DNA from: Octopus sinensis
Lineage: Eukaryota
DNA: 64,000 bases
Assembly (NCBI RefSeq): GCF_006345805.1
Contig: NC_043016.1
Span: 26,164,001-26,228,000, forward strand
Reading direction: 5' to 3'
Shown here: positions 37,131 to 49,520 of the stretch, piece after piece
How the letters are laid out: each line of letters opens with the position of its first letter
How positions within the stretch are numbered: position 1 is the stretch's first letter
The notes under the pieces: model-generated
The model's input: the letters and a program-made list of their open reading frames with translations, nothing else
Database searches by the model: none
What the model was told of the DNA's origin: nothing
Position numbers and translations under genes: made by a program

Positions 37131-37902
37131 AGTTTTTCTCAATTGATCAATAGACCAATTGAGAAAATCTATCAGTAATGTACCTATAATAACTACTGGA
37201 AACAGTTGTAAGTCATATTTGCTCCAGTAAAGGAATGATATGTAATGACCATTATTTTAATCTTGTTTTTGTATATCATTATATGCAAAATTGTGATCAA
37301 CCACAACCTAGGATCCTGGCTTAATGACACCCAGAGTTCTTCACTAATCTAAATAATATTGTTAGCCTGGTGGGCCAACAGAGAGCTTATGAAGTATTTG
37401 TCCAGATTGATAATCCTTCATTATTAGCTTTATATATATATATGTTATAATGTGGATCCTCACCCACTTGTATGTTGGTACTGTAATATTCTTGTCACCA
37501 CTATTATGTTGTGACAGTATTCTGCATCTAATTATCATTGACTTGTCTATTGTGCTATCGCTGATACCTCCTCAAGACAATGACTTGAAACATCTACTTC
37601 GACATTAACTCAAGCTTGTACATATCACGTAAGTAACACTGGCTCCAACTGAGAACTTGTACATGACCCTACTATACTGACTGATTTTCTACAATGACTG
37701 ACTGTTTGACTTTATAGTAGCTGAGTCATACCACTTTTCCACATGGAAAGGGCTGTGCCATTTCACTACAAATATATATATATATATATATATATATTGA
37801 TAGAAATAGCAAGACAACAAAAGAATGAAAGAGACCTCGATATTATGTAAATAGAGGAATTTATCTGTAAATATAATATGTGACAATTATTCGGTAGCCA
37901 TC

Positions 37903-37960
37903 ATAAAACTCTGAATTTCGATGTCAGGGCAGAAACCCACACCAGCATCTCTTCAGTTAT
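37903..37960 (-). ncRNA. Minimal type-I hammerhead ribozyme, complete core
   Basis: AUAA-CUGAAGA-GAUG..CAUC-GAAA-UUCAGAGU-U-UUAU: CUGANGA, G-C closing pair, GAAA, NUH and stem I are all present. Confidence 0.72.
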
Positions 37961-37989
37961 TGGGCCATCATAACACTTTTTTGATGGCC

Positions 37990-38052
37990 TGATAACTGAA
38001 GAGATGCTAGTGTGGGTTTCCACCCCGACATCCGAAACTCAGAGTTTTGTCA
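37990..38052 (+). ncRNA. Minimal hammerhead ribozyme, one extra C before GAAA
   Basis: UGAUAA-CUGAAGA-GAUG..CAUC-C-GAAA-CUCAGAGU-U-UUGUCA. Confidence 0.6.
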
Positions 38053-38168
38053 TGGCTACCGAATAATTGTCACATATTATATATATATAAAATTAATATA
38101 GACAACAGTCTGCAGTGCTTTACCTAAAAGGAAAACAATAATTGTCACTAGGGTGTTAGAAACTCCTA

Positions 38169-38694
38169 CATTGCTAGAAATAAAAGATAAAATGTTCTAA
38201 TGCTGAAGTCAAAGCACATAATTGTATACATCTACACTGACAGGTGCTATAATCCCCCCAAAAAGCACCATTTGTGAATTCCTTATACTGACCAGTCAAT
38301 TTCAGCAATTTCTGTTACCTCATCAGCAGGGATTGGCTCAACTTCAGCAGATTCTGAACTTAATTCTCCAACAGTATACATGTTTTCACCATAAAAATCT
38401 ATGGGTGATTTAGTGAATCGCTAATGTGTATACGCTAATGTGTATACGCTAATGTGTATACGCTAATGTGTATACAGTCTACAATGTTTTATCAAAACAT
38501 ATATAATGAAGGAGAATTAAGTCTGGAATCTGCCAAAGTCAAGCTAGTCCCAACTGATGTGGCAATGGAAATTGCCAAAACTGACCAATCAGTATAAGGA
38601 ATTCGGGCAATTATAGTCCCCATCAGTGCATATGTATACAATTATGTGCTTTGACTACAGTATTAGAACATTTTAGCTCTTATTTCTAGCAATG
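38169..38694. mobile_element. Fold-back MITE with about 200-bp TIRs and TA flanks
   Basis: TA|cattgctagaaataa..ttatttctagcaatg|TA; inner arm ends ttaattctcc / ggagaattaa; spacer contains (cgctaatgtgtata)x4 at 38419-38474. Confidence 0.8.
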
Positions 38695-38736
38695 TAAGTG
38701 ATTCTATTCATATTTAGTGTATATATATATATAATA

Positions 38737-39120
38737 GGCGCAAGAGTGGATGTGTGGTAAGTAGCTTGCTTACCAACCACATGGGCCCAGGCTCAGTCCC
38801 ACTGCGTGATATCTTGGGCAAGTGTCTTCTACTATAGCCTTGGGCTGATCAAAGCCATGTGAGTGGATTTGGCAAAAGGAAACTAAAATATATATATATA
38901 TATATATGTATATGTTTGTGTGTCTGTGTTTGTCCCCCCCACCTTCACTTGACAACCAATGTTGGTGTATTTACGTCCCTGTAGCTTAGTGGTTCAGCAA
39001 AAGAGACGGATGGAATAAGTACTAGGCTTACAAGGAATAGGTCCTGGGGTTGATTTGTTTGACTAAAGGCGGTGCTCCAGCATGGCCGCAGTCACATGAC
39101 TGAAACAAGTAAAAGAATAA
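38737..39120 (+). mobile_element. Full-length SINE family A
   Basis: Co-linear with the other copies. Confidence 0.85.
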
Positions 39121-40502
39121 AAGAATATAAATGGAGAGAGAGGGGAAGGGAGCAAGGGAGCAGGAGAGAGAGAGAGAGAGAAAGAGAAAGTAATAGATAG
39201 ACTGACAGACAAACAGACAAACAGAGATAGATAGATAGATAGATAGATAGATAAGTAGATATGTATGTATATTTGTACTTACATATAAGAGAAAAGTGTA
39301 CATTCTTGTCCCATTTTGTATTTTTTTTATATATATATTTGTATGTATGTAGTGACAGTGGTAGGTGGAAGATAGGTTGATGATGGTTGTGGTGGTGGTG
39401 GTGGTGTCCTAATTTTATTTTGACAATTCACAAACCAGTAGTGATGAGTTGTTCAAATTGGGTCTATTGATCCTATTTAATAAATCCCACACACTAGAGA
39501 ATGACAACAGCTGCCAACAATGTAATGGAAAAAAAGGTTATTTCACAGGTGAAATCAATGGAATTTGAGTGATTATTTGGATGAGCTACACAAGCTTGAT
39601 TTCTATCAAATAGACAGAAGGCTGGCTGATTTTATAATAGGCATTGCAGTGATTTCCAATGTCTCTTTGGCCTTGGCACTCTATCTCTCTATGCTTAAGG
39701 TAACAAGAGATTTTTACTTGACTCAAATTGACAAGCAATGGTAAAAAAAACTCACAAGAGAACTGAACAATAGAAAGTCTTCAGAAAAGAAATCTCACTC
39801 AGATAAGTGTCCCGGCCCTTAACTCCTTACATTCTAAGGTGGCCAAGCAACATCCAGTCCCTGACTTCTGGGTGCCCTCTTGCTGACAGTTTTTAGCCAC
39901 TTAAATATTAGAGACTTGTTTATTTAAACTGCTTGGTGATTTCATCTAGTTGTGACTCTTCTCTGTTGACCTATACTTAAAGAAAAAATAATGTTGGTTG
40001 TCATGATAGCAATGAAACATCCATGCTGTTGCTTTAACTCACTCAGAATTACTTCTCTTGAGAGAAAATGTAAGCTTTAGAGAAAAATCTTCTATACCCT
40101 AAGTGTGATTTCTTGTTCACACTTTACACTTCCATTTTCTGGATTATCGATCTTTTATATTGATTGTCTTAATGCTCACCTGCTAGCATAAAGCGACCCC
40201 CACACACACACACACAATCCATTTCATTGTTTAGTAAGTTGTATGGTATCTTCACTATTGCTGGTGGCATGAGAAAAGAATCCAGTACACACTGTAAAGT
40301 TATTGGCATTATAAAGGGCATTCAGCTACAGAAACCATGTCAAAGTAGACAATGGTGCATGATGCAGTCCTTGGACCCATTGGATCTTGTTAAATTATTC
40401 AATCCATGTTCCATGCCAGTGTAGGACATAAGAATTAAATGATGATGTCTTGTTTACATTTAAAAGCCTCAATACACCACTAACTATTGACCACAATACT
40501 CG

Positions 40503-41214
40503 GACCAACAGATTTAAAAAATAATTTTTTGTAACTAAACACTTTCAAACTTCGGACACTGGTAGAATGTGTCATATAAAACATCTTTTACTCTTAGCAT
40601 TTTTGAGAAAAATTTATATTTATGAAGTTATTTCACGTTAAAGTTCTTGCATTTTGGTAATTTCAACCAATCAATGATGTGTATTCAGCTGAATAAAATT
40701 ACTGCTGTTGTTTGTCAACAAGAACTTCCGGCGGTGTATATTTTGTTTGTCAGTTATTTATGACAACTCTAACCCTAAAATCCTAACCCTAACTCTAAAA
40801 CCCTAACCCTAACCCAAACCCTAACCCTAAAACCTTAACCCTAACCCTAAAATCCTAACCCTAAAACCCTAACTCTAAAACCCTAGCCCTAACCCTAAAA
40901 CCCTAACCCCAACCCTAAAACCTTAAAACCAGTACAAACGCACGAATGATGTCATAAATAACAGTGACAAACGAAAAATACACCGCTGATAGTTGTTGTT
41001 GACAAATAATGGCAGTAATTTTATTCAGCTAAATACACATTAGTGATTAGTTGAAATTACCGAAATAGGACTACTTTAACATGAAATAACTTCATAAATA
41101 TAAGTTTTTCTCAAAAATGCTAAGAGTAAAAGATGTTTTATATGACACATTCTACCAGTGTCTGAAGTTTGAAAGTGTTTAGTTACAAACAATTATTTTT
41201 TAAATCTGTCGGTC
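40503..41214. mobile_element. Fold-back element with about 260-bp TIRs around a telomere-like (CCCTAA/CCCTAAAA)n array
   Basis: Arms gaccaacagatttaaaaaataa.. and ..ttattttttaaatctgtcggtc; array at 40767-40930. Confidence 0.85.
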
Positions 41215-41836
41215 AAAAGGTAAAGATCCCAACACTCTAGGATGTTGTGGCACTTTGAACTGACTACTGAATTGAAACTTGAACTCATTAATAATTTATT
41301 TATCTTCAGAATGATAAATAGATTGGTATTAATTGATCCAGGACAGATAAAAGCCAAAGCTGACTACAATGGTTGAACTCAGAATGTACAAGATTGCTTG
41401 GCCTGGAGCAAAGCAGTAGAGATGGCTATATCCATACACTTTCTTGGCTCTCTGATCCTGTTGAGAATGCTGTAGTCAATGTTTTTTCTTGAACAACTGC
41501 AAGAAAAACATAGGCAGAAAGAAAGTTCCAGATGGTAAACATTCTGGGAAAGGAAGGAAGAAAGTAAAGAAAGACAGAATGTCTGGACAGAGTGGTTAGT
41601 GCAGGATTGCTGAGGAGGATACATAGTGATTACTCAAGAGAGGTCCCACCAGGCATTGTCTCATATGAGACTCTCAAGCATGGACTTATTAAAAGAACGT
41701 CAAAATCAAGGTAACAGTGGCTGCATCAGCTGCTCATTGGGGAAAAACTGGACAGCAAGAAACTTGATTATTCATATTACAATAAACTGGGTATTAGATC
41801 CAAAATTATCATTGTCAAGATTATCTCTGATAATCT

Positions 41837-42069
41837 AAGGCAGTGAACTGGCAGAAATGTTAGCACGCTGGGCGAAATGCTTTGCAGTATTTCATCAACC
41901 ATTACATTCTGAGTTCAAATTCTGCTGAGGTTGACTTTGCCTTTCATCCTTTCAGGGTCGATAAATTAAGTACCAGTTACACACTGGGGTTGATGTAATC
42001 GACTTAATCCCTTTGTCTGTCCTTGTTTGTCTCCTCTATGTTTAACCCCTTGTGGGCAATAAAGAAATA
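41837..42069 (+). mobile_element. Full-length Deu/Nin-like SINE with 12-bp TSD
   Basis: TSD gattatctctga at 41819-41830 and 42071-42082. Confidence 0.9.
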
Positions 42070-42169
42070 TGATTATCTCTGACAGAGAGAACAGATAGCC
42101 TGAGATAGCAGAGGTGGGAGGCTGGACAAAGAGCCATCTTTCGGAGGAGGGCGGAGGCATGCAAGGGTA

Positions 42170-42870
42170 TAATGTTCCCCTACTTTTCAGTTCAGAGACA
42201 TACGGCTTATAGACATAAGCCTCTCACACTTTGTGTACCCCAACTTTCTTATACCATTTTGTAAAACCCATTTTCTATCACTGACAAGAAAGCCATGAAA
42301 CTTCTCTGGCATGTGAAGCAGCTTCCCACAGTTCCTATAACATTGCATCCCACAATTTTCAAATAGTTGGTTACCAAGCGGCTACCACTATTCACTCAAA
42401 AGATATTGGCCACCAACAAATTGTCATCTTAGATCAAAAAATTAGTAGAGTCAGTAGACAATATTGCTGAAGTTATGGTATCATCCATGCATGTGTAACA
42501 TTAAAAACTTTGATAGATTATTGTGGTTCTCCTCTTCTCCACCCTTGCTGACATCTCTTAGGTGACAAAAGCTATCAACTACTTCTAATGAGCCAAGCAT
42601 TTGAGGGAGTTTATTTCTGATGTGTTCATAAAATGTACTGCTCCAGCGCATCTGCTGCATATGAAGCTTATATTCTCAGTTAGTTTGCCTGTGATTCCAC
42701 TACATCTCTTGGGTGTCCAGAATTTTATATTGGATAGAGTTCATGTAGTTTATACCTACTCTTTTTCAGCAAATTGATTAAGGTCATTTTCCTGAAGATA
42801 CCAAAGTCTTATCTTCTTTCCAATTTACTAAAACTTTTACTAAAACCTTTGTCTCAATTCTTGGTTTAAA
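42170..42870 (-). mobile_element. Decayed RTE RT fragment with a Cys-rich (PHD-like) insert
   Basis: SGK*P*SIC..CSGITGKL..FICSRCAG..LEVVDSFCHL traces. Confidence 0.7.
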
Positions 42871-43008
42871 AACTTACCATATAGTTATGGGTTCAGTCCC
42901 TCCATGCAACACTTTGGACAATTACCTTTGCTACAGTACTATAGCCCTGGGGTTCTGTGTGTGTGTGAGTGTGTGTGTGTGTGTGTGCGTGCGCACGCAC
43001 ATGTATGT

Positions 43009-43050
<42 letters not shown>

Positions 43051-43179
43051 GAGTGTGTATCTGTTACAGTGTGTCTGTATATATTAGCACTTGGCTGTAG
43101 AAATATTTGGGTTGATATTTGAAGGAACAGTAAACCCAGTGGGAGTGAGGGACCTCTGGTCTTTGTCAAGGCATCCCTG

Positions 43180-43925
43180 TTGGAGAAGACTAACTAATAA
43201 AGAAAACCATAATAATAATCCTTGGATGGAATTTATTAATTTATAAAACAGTAGCAGAGGAAACAAAATACACTAACAAACCTTATATTGGAAAATGATA
43301 TAAGATGGTTATGTATACGTATTTCGTTGTGTCTCTAGTCCCACCAGTGTACATATATTTCTGCGTATCTGCCTTCACCTCACATTTGTAAAGTACATCC
43401 TTTATCATGCAGTTGTTGTTAAATTTACATTTTCTTTATGTCTGCAATTACAAATGATCTTATTTTTTCTGATCTCCCAGCAGAGTTACAACTTCCTCTT
43501 CCTCCTATAATCGTGTACTCATTTTCCTTATGTATGGATTGGACTGTCAACTCAGTGGTGTTGTTTGGATCTGTTTTTGCTATTGATGAGCTTTTATTAC
43601 TCTTATTTGCAACCATTCCATTGTTGTATACTGTGTAATGATATACGGCTGTTCCATATCACCCCTCCAGTTTTATTCTATTTAGTTTTGCATTATTTAG
43701 TTAATGTATGTGGTATTTTAGATTAGATATGCTAATTTTATGTTATGCCTGTTGATGATTTTGTGATATTTAGATCTTGGGAAGTGCTTATCTAATGTTG
43801 CAAAGAATTCCTGACTTATTTTGGATTTTATCTGTGAATTGAAAGTTGGATTAAACCAAATAATTTCATCACTTGCTTTTCCATTTCTTTTGTTAGTGTA
43901 TTTTGTTTCCTCTGTTTCTACTGGT
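43180..43925 (-). mobile_element. Neptune-type PLE fragment
   Basis: IIWFNPTFN..LDKHFPRSKYHKIINRHNIK, an N/S/T-rich linker, CMIKDVLYKCEV..YMYTGGT. Confidence 0.8.
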
Positions 43926-44033
43926 TTATAAATTAATTAATTCCATCCAAGGATTATAGTTATTACTATATATATATATAATAATAATGAAATTATGTAT
44001 ACAGTGCTCAGGTGCACCACAACTTGTCAGAAA

Positions 44034-44079
<46 letters not shown>

Positions 44080-44112
44080 ATATATATATATATATAATAT
44101 ATATATATATAT

Positions 44113-44360
44113 TGTTATACATGGGGAAGATCCTATTTTGTCAAGTAAAAAGAGACATTATATATTTTGTCTAGACAAAATGAAATGAGCATAACAAGAG
44201 GAGACACATGGTGCAGGAAGTTACTGAAGAGGTCACAGAATGTGTGATGAAAGAACTTTGACAAAGAAACTAAAATAATAGTAATGATGCTAAAGTGAAA
44301 ACCAAATCTATAGTGCAAGTGTTTAATTGGCAAAATATGACCATCACTAAGTATAACAAT
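44113..44360 (+). mobile_element. PLE pLTR-like fragment in (TA)n with a degenerate hammerhead
   Basis: ctgaagaggtcac agaatgt gtgat gaaa at about 44224-44252; flanked by (TA)n. Confidence 0.45.
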
Positions 44361-44365
44361 ATATG

Positions 44366-44404
<39 letters not shown>

Positions 44405-44477
44405 GTGTGCAGTTGCATGATTATATGTGTATGAGACAAAATATAGGCATATATGTATACATGTGTTATCCGAGCGT

Positions 44478-44695
44478 GGCCGTTCGCCAGCCTCGTCTAG
44501 CACCTGTGTTGGTGGCACATAAAATCACCCACTACACTCTCGGAGTGGTTGGCGTTAGGAAGGGCATCCAGCTGTAGAAACACTGCCAGATCTGACTGGC
44601 CTGGTGCAGCCTTTGGGCTCCCCAGACCCCAGTTGAACCGTCCAACCCATGCTAGCATGGAAAGCGGACGTTAAATGATGATGATGATGATGATA
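44478..44695 (+). mobile_element. RTE 3'UTR copy with (GAT)n tail
   Basis: gtggttggcgttaggaagggcatccagctgtag..gcggacgttaaatgatgatgatgatg. Confidence 0.85.
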
Positions 44696-44955
44696 TGAGC
44701 CATAGGTTCCCAGTAGAACAAGAAAAGCATTGATCAAAAGAGTATAAGAATTTCCTAAAGAATCAGTAATTTTAGTTGTAAATGACTGAGCAAGAGAAAT
44801 TCCTTGTTCCTTCTTTCTCTGTCCACCTCTATCTCCTTGTCTCTACCTACCTTTCACCTTCTCTCCCGTTCTATGTATTCACATACATATTTATATCTAT
44901 CTTCCCATCTTTTTCTCCCTTTCTCTCTCCCCTCTTTCTTTCCATGTACATCTAT

Positions 44956-44988
<33 letters not shown>

Positions 44989-45469
44989 CACACAAGCACA
45001 TATATGTTGATAGATGGATAAATACATACATAAGTACATAGATTCATACATACATACATATGTACATACATGCATACATACATATACACACACATACATA
45101 GATGAGTTGATATATCTGCCTCTGTGTGTGTGTGTTTGTGTGTGCTTGTGTGCAAGCATGTATGTATACAGATGCAAACACATATCTGCAGTGCACATAA
45201 ACTCACACATATACATACAGAGATATAATACATAAATACCTCTCTATGTCTCTCTCCCCCATTTTCTTTTCTCATTTTTCCTCCCTTTCTCATGTAGTGT
45301 TTTTAGTTTTAAAGTTATAATCTTTCCGTATTGAGTACAGGCTTACCTGTCATTGCCAGTAAATGCCATTCTTTTGGACAGAGACTAATCTCTCACCTCT
45401 CCTTAATCTATCAACACTTCGTGCGTAATTTTAAAAGAGAATTTTCTAGAACATTTATGTGTCAAACGT

Positions 45470-46005
45470 TATTTTTACTTGTATCAGTCACTGGATGGCA
45501 GCCATGCTGGGGCACCACCTTGAAGGGTTTTAGTTGAACAAAACAACCTAAGTAATTATCTTTTTCTTTCTATCCCTTTTCTATCTTCTTTACCAAACTA
45601 ATACTTGTTCTATCTGTCTCTTTTGCCAAGCTACTAGGTTGCAAGGACGTAAACAAACTAACACTGGTGGGGAACAAACACAAAAACACACACACACATA
45701 AATACACAGACACTCAAACACACACATGCTCAAAAACACACATTCTCAAACACACACACTCAAACATGCACACACACAGGCGCACTCAAACACACACACA
45801 CGCAAACACACTCATGTACACATACACACACAGACACACCACATGCACACGCACACACAATCTTCCACAAAGTTTATGGCAACCAAATTCACTCACAAGA
45901 CATTAGTTGACTTGCAACTATTTTAGAAGACACTTGGTGAAGGTACCATGCAGTAGAACTGAACCTAAAACCACAAGATTGCAAGGTGAGCCTCTTAACT
46001 CTACA
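45470..46005 (-). mobile_element. Diverged SINE family A with (CA)-rich insert
   Basis: cagccatgctggggcaccacc tail and aagacacttggtgaaggtaccatgcagtagaactgaacc head. Confidence 0.7.
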
Positions 46006-46473
46006 GCTATTTGTCTATTATTTTTTCTTTTGTTTTAAATGACTACATTTTCCAAATATGTTTCATCATTAATTTCATATAGACGCAGACATAGATATGT
46101 GATAACAAGTTTGCTTTCTAACAACATGGTTCTAGGTTCAGTCCCACTGCATGGTACCTTGAGCAAGTGTCGTCTACTACAGCCTCAGACTGACCAAAGT
46201 CTTGTGAGTGGATTTGGCAGATGGAAACTGAAAGAAGCCAGTTGTATGTATACATTTATATCTGTGTGTGTGTGTGAATGCCTTTTTATGGATGAATGAA
46301 CCTGTGTGGGTGTGTAACCATAAATCAATCAAGGGAGGAAATAGGACAGGTGTCGACAGATACTAAATCAAAGAGTTGATTAACATACTAAATATAAGAA
46401 TGCTAAATGATGCACATCTAATGCCAGTGGGGGTGGGGTGCAGACACAAACATTGGCCTGTCAATGTTTGTGT

Positions 46474-46706
46474 AAGGCAGCGAACTAGCAGGACTGTTAG
46501 CATGCAGGGTGAAATGCTTAACAGTATTTCATCTGTTGTTACATTCTGAGTTCAAATTCTGCCGAGGTCGACTTTGCCTTTCATCCTTTCGGGGGTTGAT
46601 AAATTAAGTACCAGTTACGCACTGGGTTCAATGTAATCAACTTAATTCTTTGTCTGTCCTTGTTTGTCACCTCTATGTTTATCCCCATGTGGGCAATATA
46701 GAAATA
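46474..46706 (+). mobile_element. Full-length Deu/Nin-like SINE with 19-bp TSD
   Basis: TSD acaaacattggcctgtcaa at 46446-46464 and 46707-46725. Confidence 0.9.
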
Positions 46707-46839
46707 ACAAACATTGGCCTGTCAACAGATGCCCTTGTACATTAGCATAGCTAAAGTGTGTGCTGCTCGGGGTGGCCCTTCTGTTTGCTGCCCCTGAACG
46801 CTACAAAAAAAACATATACTGCCTACAACAGACACAAGA

Positions 46840-46875
<36 letters not shown>

Positions 46876-46984
46876 GTCCTACCCATACATGCATGAAAGG
46901 TGGACATTAAATGATGATGAAGATACATACATATACACACACACATACACACATATAAACATACATACACAAATATATATAGGA

Positions 46985-47331
46985 TTAAAGGAGTAAAGAT
47001 CCCCTTTGGTCATGAATGCCAATGGGATTGTACCTAAAAAGTTCCCCTCTGAGGCACAAGTCCGGGCAAGGCTGTTTATGGAAGACCAGCAGTTGCCCAT
47101 GCATACCAGTCTCCCCTCTCCACACCACCAATGTTATCGAAGAGAAAGGCAAAGGCTGATACAGCTTGGAACTGGGAATGTTACAACTCATTTCTACAGA
47201 TGTGTGAGCTGGAGCAGCATGAGATAAAGTGTCTTGCTCAACAACACAACACAAGGCCTGGTCCAGTAATCGAACTCACAACCTCATGATCATAAGCTCA
47301 ACCCTCTAACCACTGAGCCATGTGCCTTCAC
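46985..47331 (-). mobile_element. tRNA-derived SINE, third family
   Basis: Minus strand: tggctcagtggttagag A box, gagttcgattac B box, ttgagcaagacacttta body; partial plus-strand head at 47820-47935. Confidence 0.75.
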
Positions 47332-47357
47332 TATATATATATATATATAAAGAGAGG

Positions 47358-47395
<38 letters not shown>

Positions 47396-47994
47396 GAAAT
47401 TGAAAACACAAATCATAGGCAGTCAAACAGATTCCCGAACACATAAATGAAAATATTCAGTCAAAGTAGTTGAATAATATATATTTATACACATCAACAC
47501 AAATCATGCATGTACAGGCATAAAGATTCTCCAAGGATATAAATGTCTTGCAAACAACTTGCACATGCAAGTGCTACCAGTTAAAAGCTCCGTATACTGG
47601 AAGCTAGCAAGTGTATGGGGTCATCAGGAGAGAATGCGCGCCGTTTCGGGGCCTACCTCTCGACGGCATCAATGCGCACCGGCCCCCCCCCCCTCACTGA
47701 TATGAGGCCCCGCTTGCTAGATCAGCTGGTTATGAAGAACTCAATATACTTCTAGCCATCGCTCATCGTCTCTTTTAATCAAATCCAGTGGCTAGCCTTC
47801 TCCACTGTAGATTGGATATCAGTCATGGTGGTATTGACTTTACAAGGTTAGAGTGTTGAGCTTATGATTATGAGGTTGTGAGTTCGATTACTGGACCAGG
47901 CCTTGTGTTGTGTTGTTGAGCAAGACACTTTATCTCATATATAGAAGAGATATAAGAATATATAAAAATACATATAAAATTACTTATAAATATA

Positions 47995-49520
47995 ATTAAA
48001 TCTCAGAATGAGATTGAAACAGTAATCGCTCGATAATGTAAAGTATAGAAGCCATCTTATCATGGCTAACCACTTTGGGGAGGGGCTTGTTACTGTAGCT
48101 TTATACTTATAAATAAACTTTCCGCTAATGAGGAAATCTTCAATCACCCCCCCCCCCCCATATAATAATGCCTTGAAATTAAGTGGGTTTAATATAGTAT
48201 CTACTATATACCAGATACTAAATTAAAAAGAAAGATCACAAATATTTATACTAATAATAGCATAGGTATAAGTGAACATAGGTCAATTAAATGATACTAG
48301 CACGAATCAACCGCATATTAAATGCTTTAGGCTGAGAAATCATAGGTATTATAATAATTATAAGTATTAGCCTCCTACTCCTGGGACTTCTAATACAATT
48401 AGAAATTGTAAACCCAGATTACTTGAAGTTATTTGGTTTGCCCCTCTTTCCTCACTTAGGGTTAAGAATCTACCTAGATTGTTTTTTAAAATTCTAGAAT
48501 CTAACTTCCCAAAACATCACAGATATTACACCATTTGTAATAAATCTACTGTAAAATTCTTGTACTCAGCAATGCCTAACTTAGGGACAATAATAGCTTC
48601 TATAAATAGGGGTAAAATTAAACGTATAATGAATAAGGTCAACAATAGGGTAAGTAATAATAATAATTTAGGGGAAAGAACATGCACTAATGAAATTAAG
48701 GATATAGCAAAAAATAAGGACAACAGTGCAACAAATAATAATGCTTTAGAACTAGCACTATGTACTAACAGAAATAAGGGTAAAGCTAAGGTACCAACCC
48801 CAAATACTAATGTAACAATAATTATAATCAAACTTTAATGAATTTAAAATTAGGTATATATCCCAGTCTAATGATATTAATAATGCTGGCAATATAAATA
48901 AGAACATTAAAAGTAGGTTGCCACCGAATAAAATTTGTAACTGCAGAGCTCTCAAAACCTGCCTGTTTGCAGGATCATGTCTTTGATCCAATGTTGTGTA
49001 TAAATGTATAGTTAGCATACCCAAGAGACAAAACAAGATATATATTGGCAGTACAATAGATTTCAAAAGGAGACATAGGGCCCATCTGAATTCCTTTCCA
49101 AACCCTAAATATAAGAATTCCACTACCTTAGCGGCATACATAAATAAACTTAGGGATAATAATTTGCCTTATGACCTGACATGGTCTATAATTGCGAGGG
49201 CTCCCCCATATGGTAATGGTTCTGGTAGGTATATATTGTGTATAAGGGAATCGTATCTAATCCTTAAATTATATACCACTAATATGTTAAATAAGTTCAC
49301 AGATACAATCCCCTTGTGTAGCCATAAATTTCACTCTACATTTCTAAAAACCTATAAAATTAGATCTACAAGGGAATTGAATTAGAATAATGCTTGTAGA
49401 TATAATCGTGATTCCCAAGTATTTGAATTCTTCCACTCATAGCAAACATGTGATCATATGCATTCGAGCTGTAAAACATTTTGTTAGAATATTTTTTGAC
49501 TCTGCTAGTCATTAAACAAT
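47995..49520 (+). mobile_element. 5'-truncated Neptune-type PLE
   Basis: IWFAP..FFKILESNFPKHHRYYTICNK..MPNLGTII, an Asn-rich linker, CNCR..C..GSC, VYKC..IYIGST..HLNSF (ORFs 48479-48838 and 48996-49385). 47995-48112 is homologous to 63670-63782. Confidence 0.88.

Larger units (their letters stand above)
37871..38082. repeat. About 100-bp-arm palindrome (head-to-head PLE pLTR fragment) between (TA)n tracts
   Basis: 37871-37970 versus 37982-38082, 11-nt spacer, about 9 substitutions and 1 indel. Confidence 0.9.

Noticed and set aside
38419-38474. Short regular repeats as a possible CRISPR array
   Set aside because: Head-to-tail 14-mers with no spacers or cas genes, in a eukaryotic context.
40767-40930. 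True telomere or chromosome-fusion scar
   Set aside because: Short, degenerate, single orientation and enclosed by transposon TIRs.
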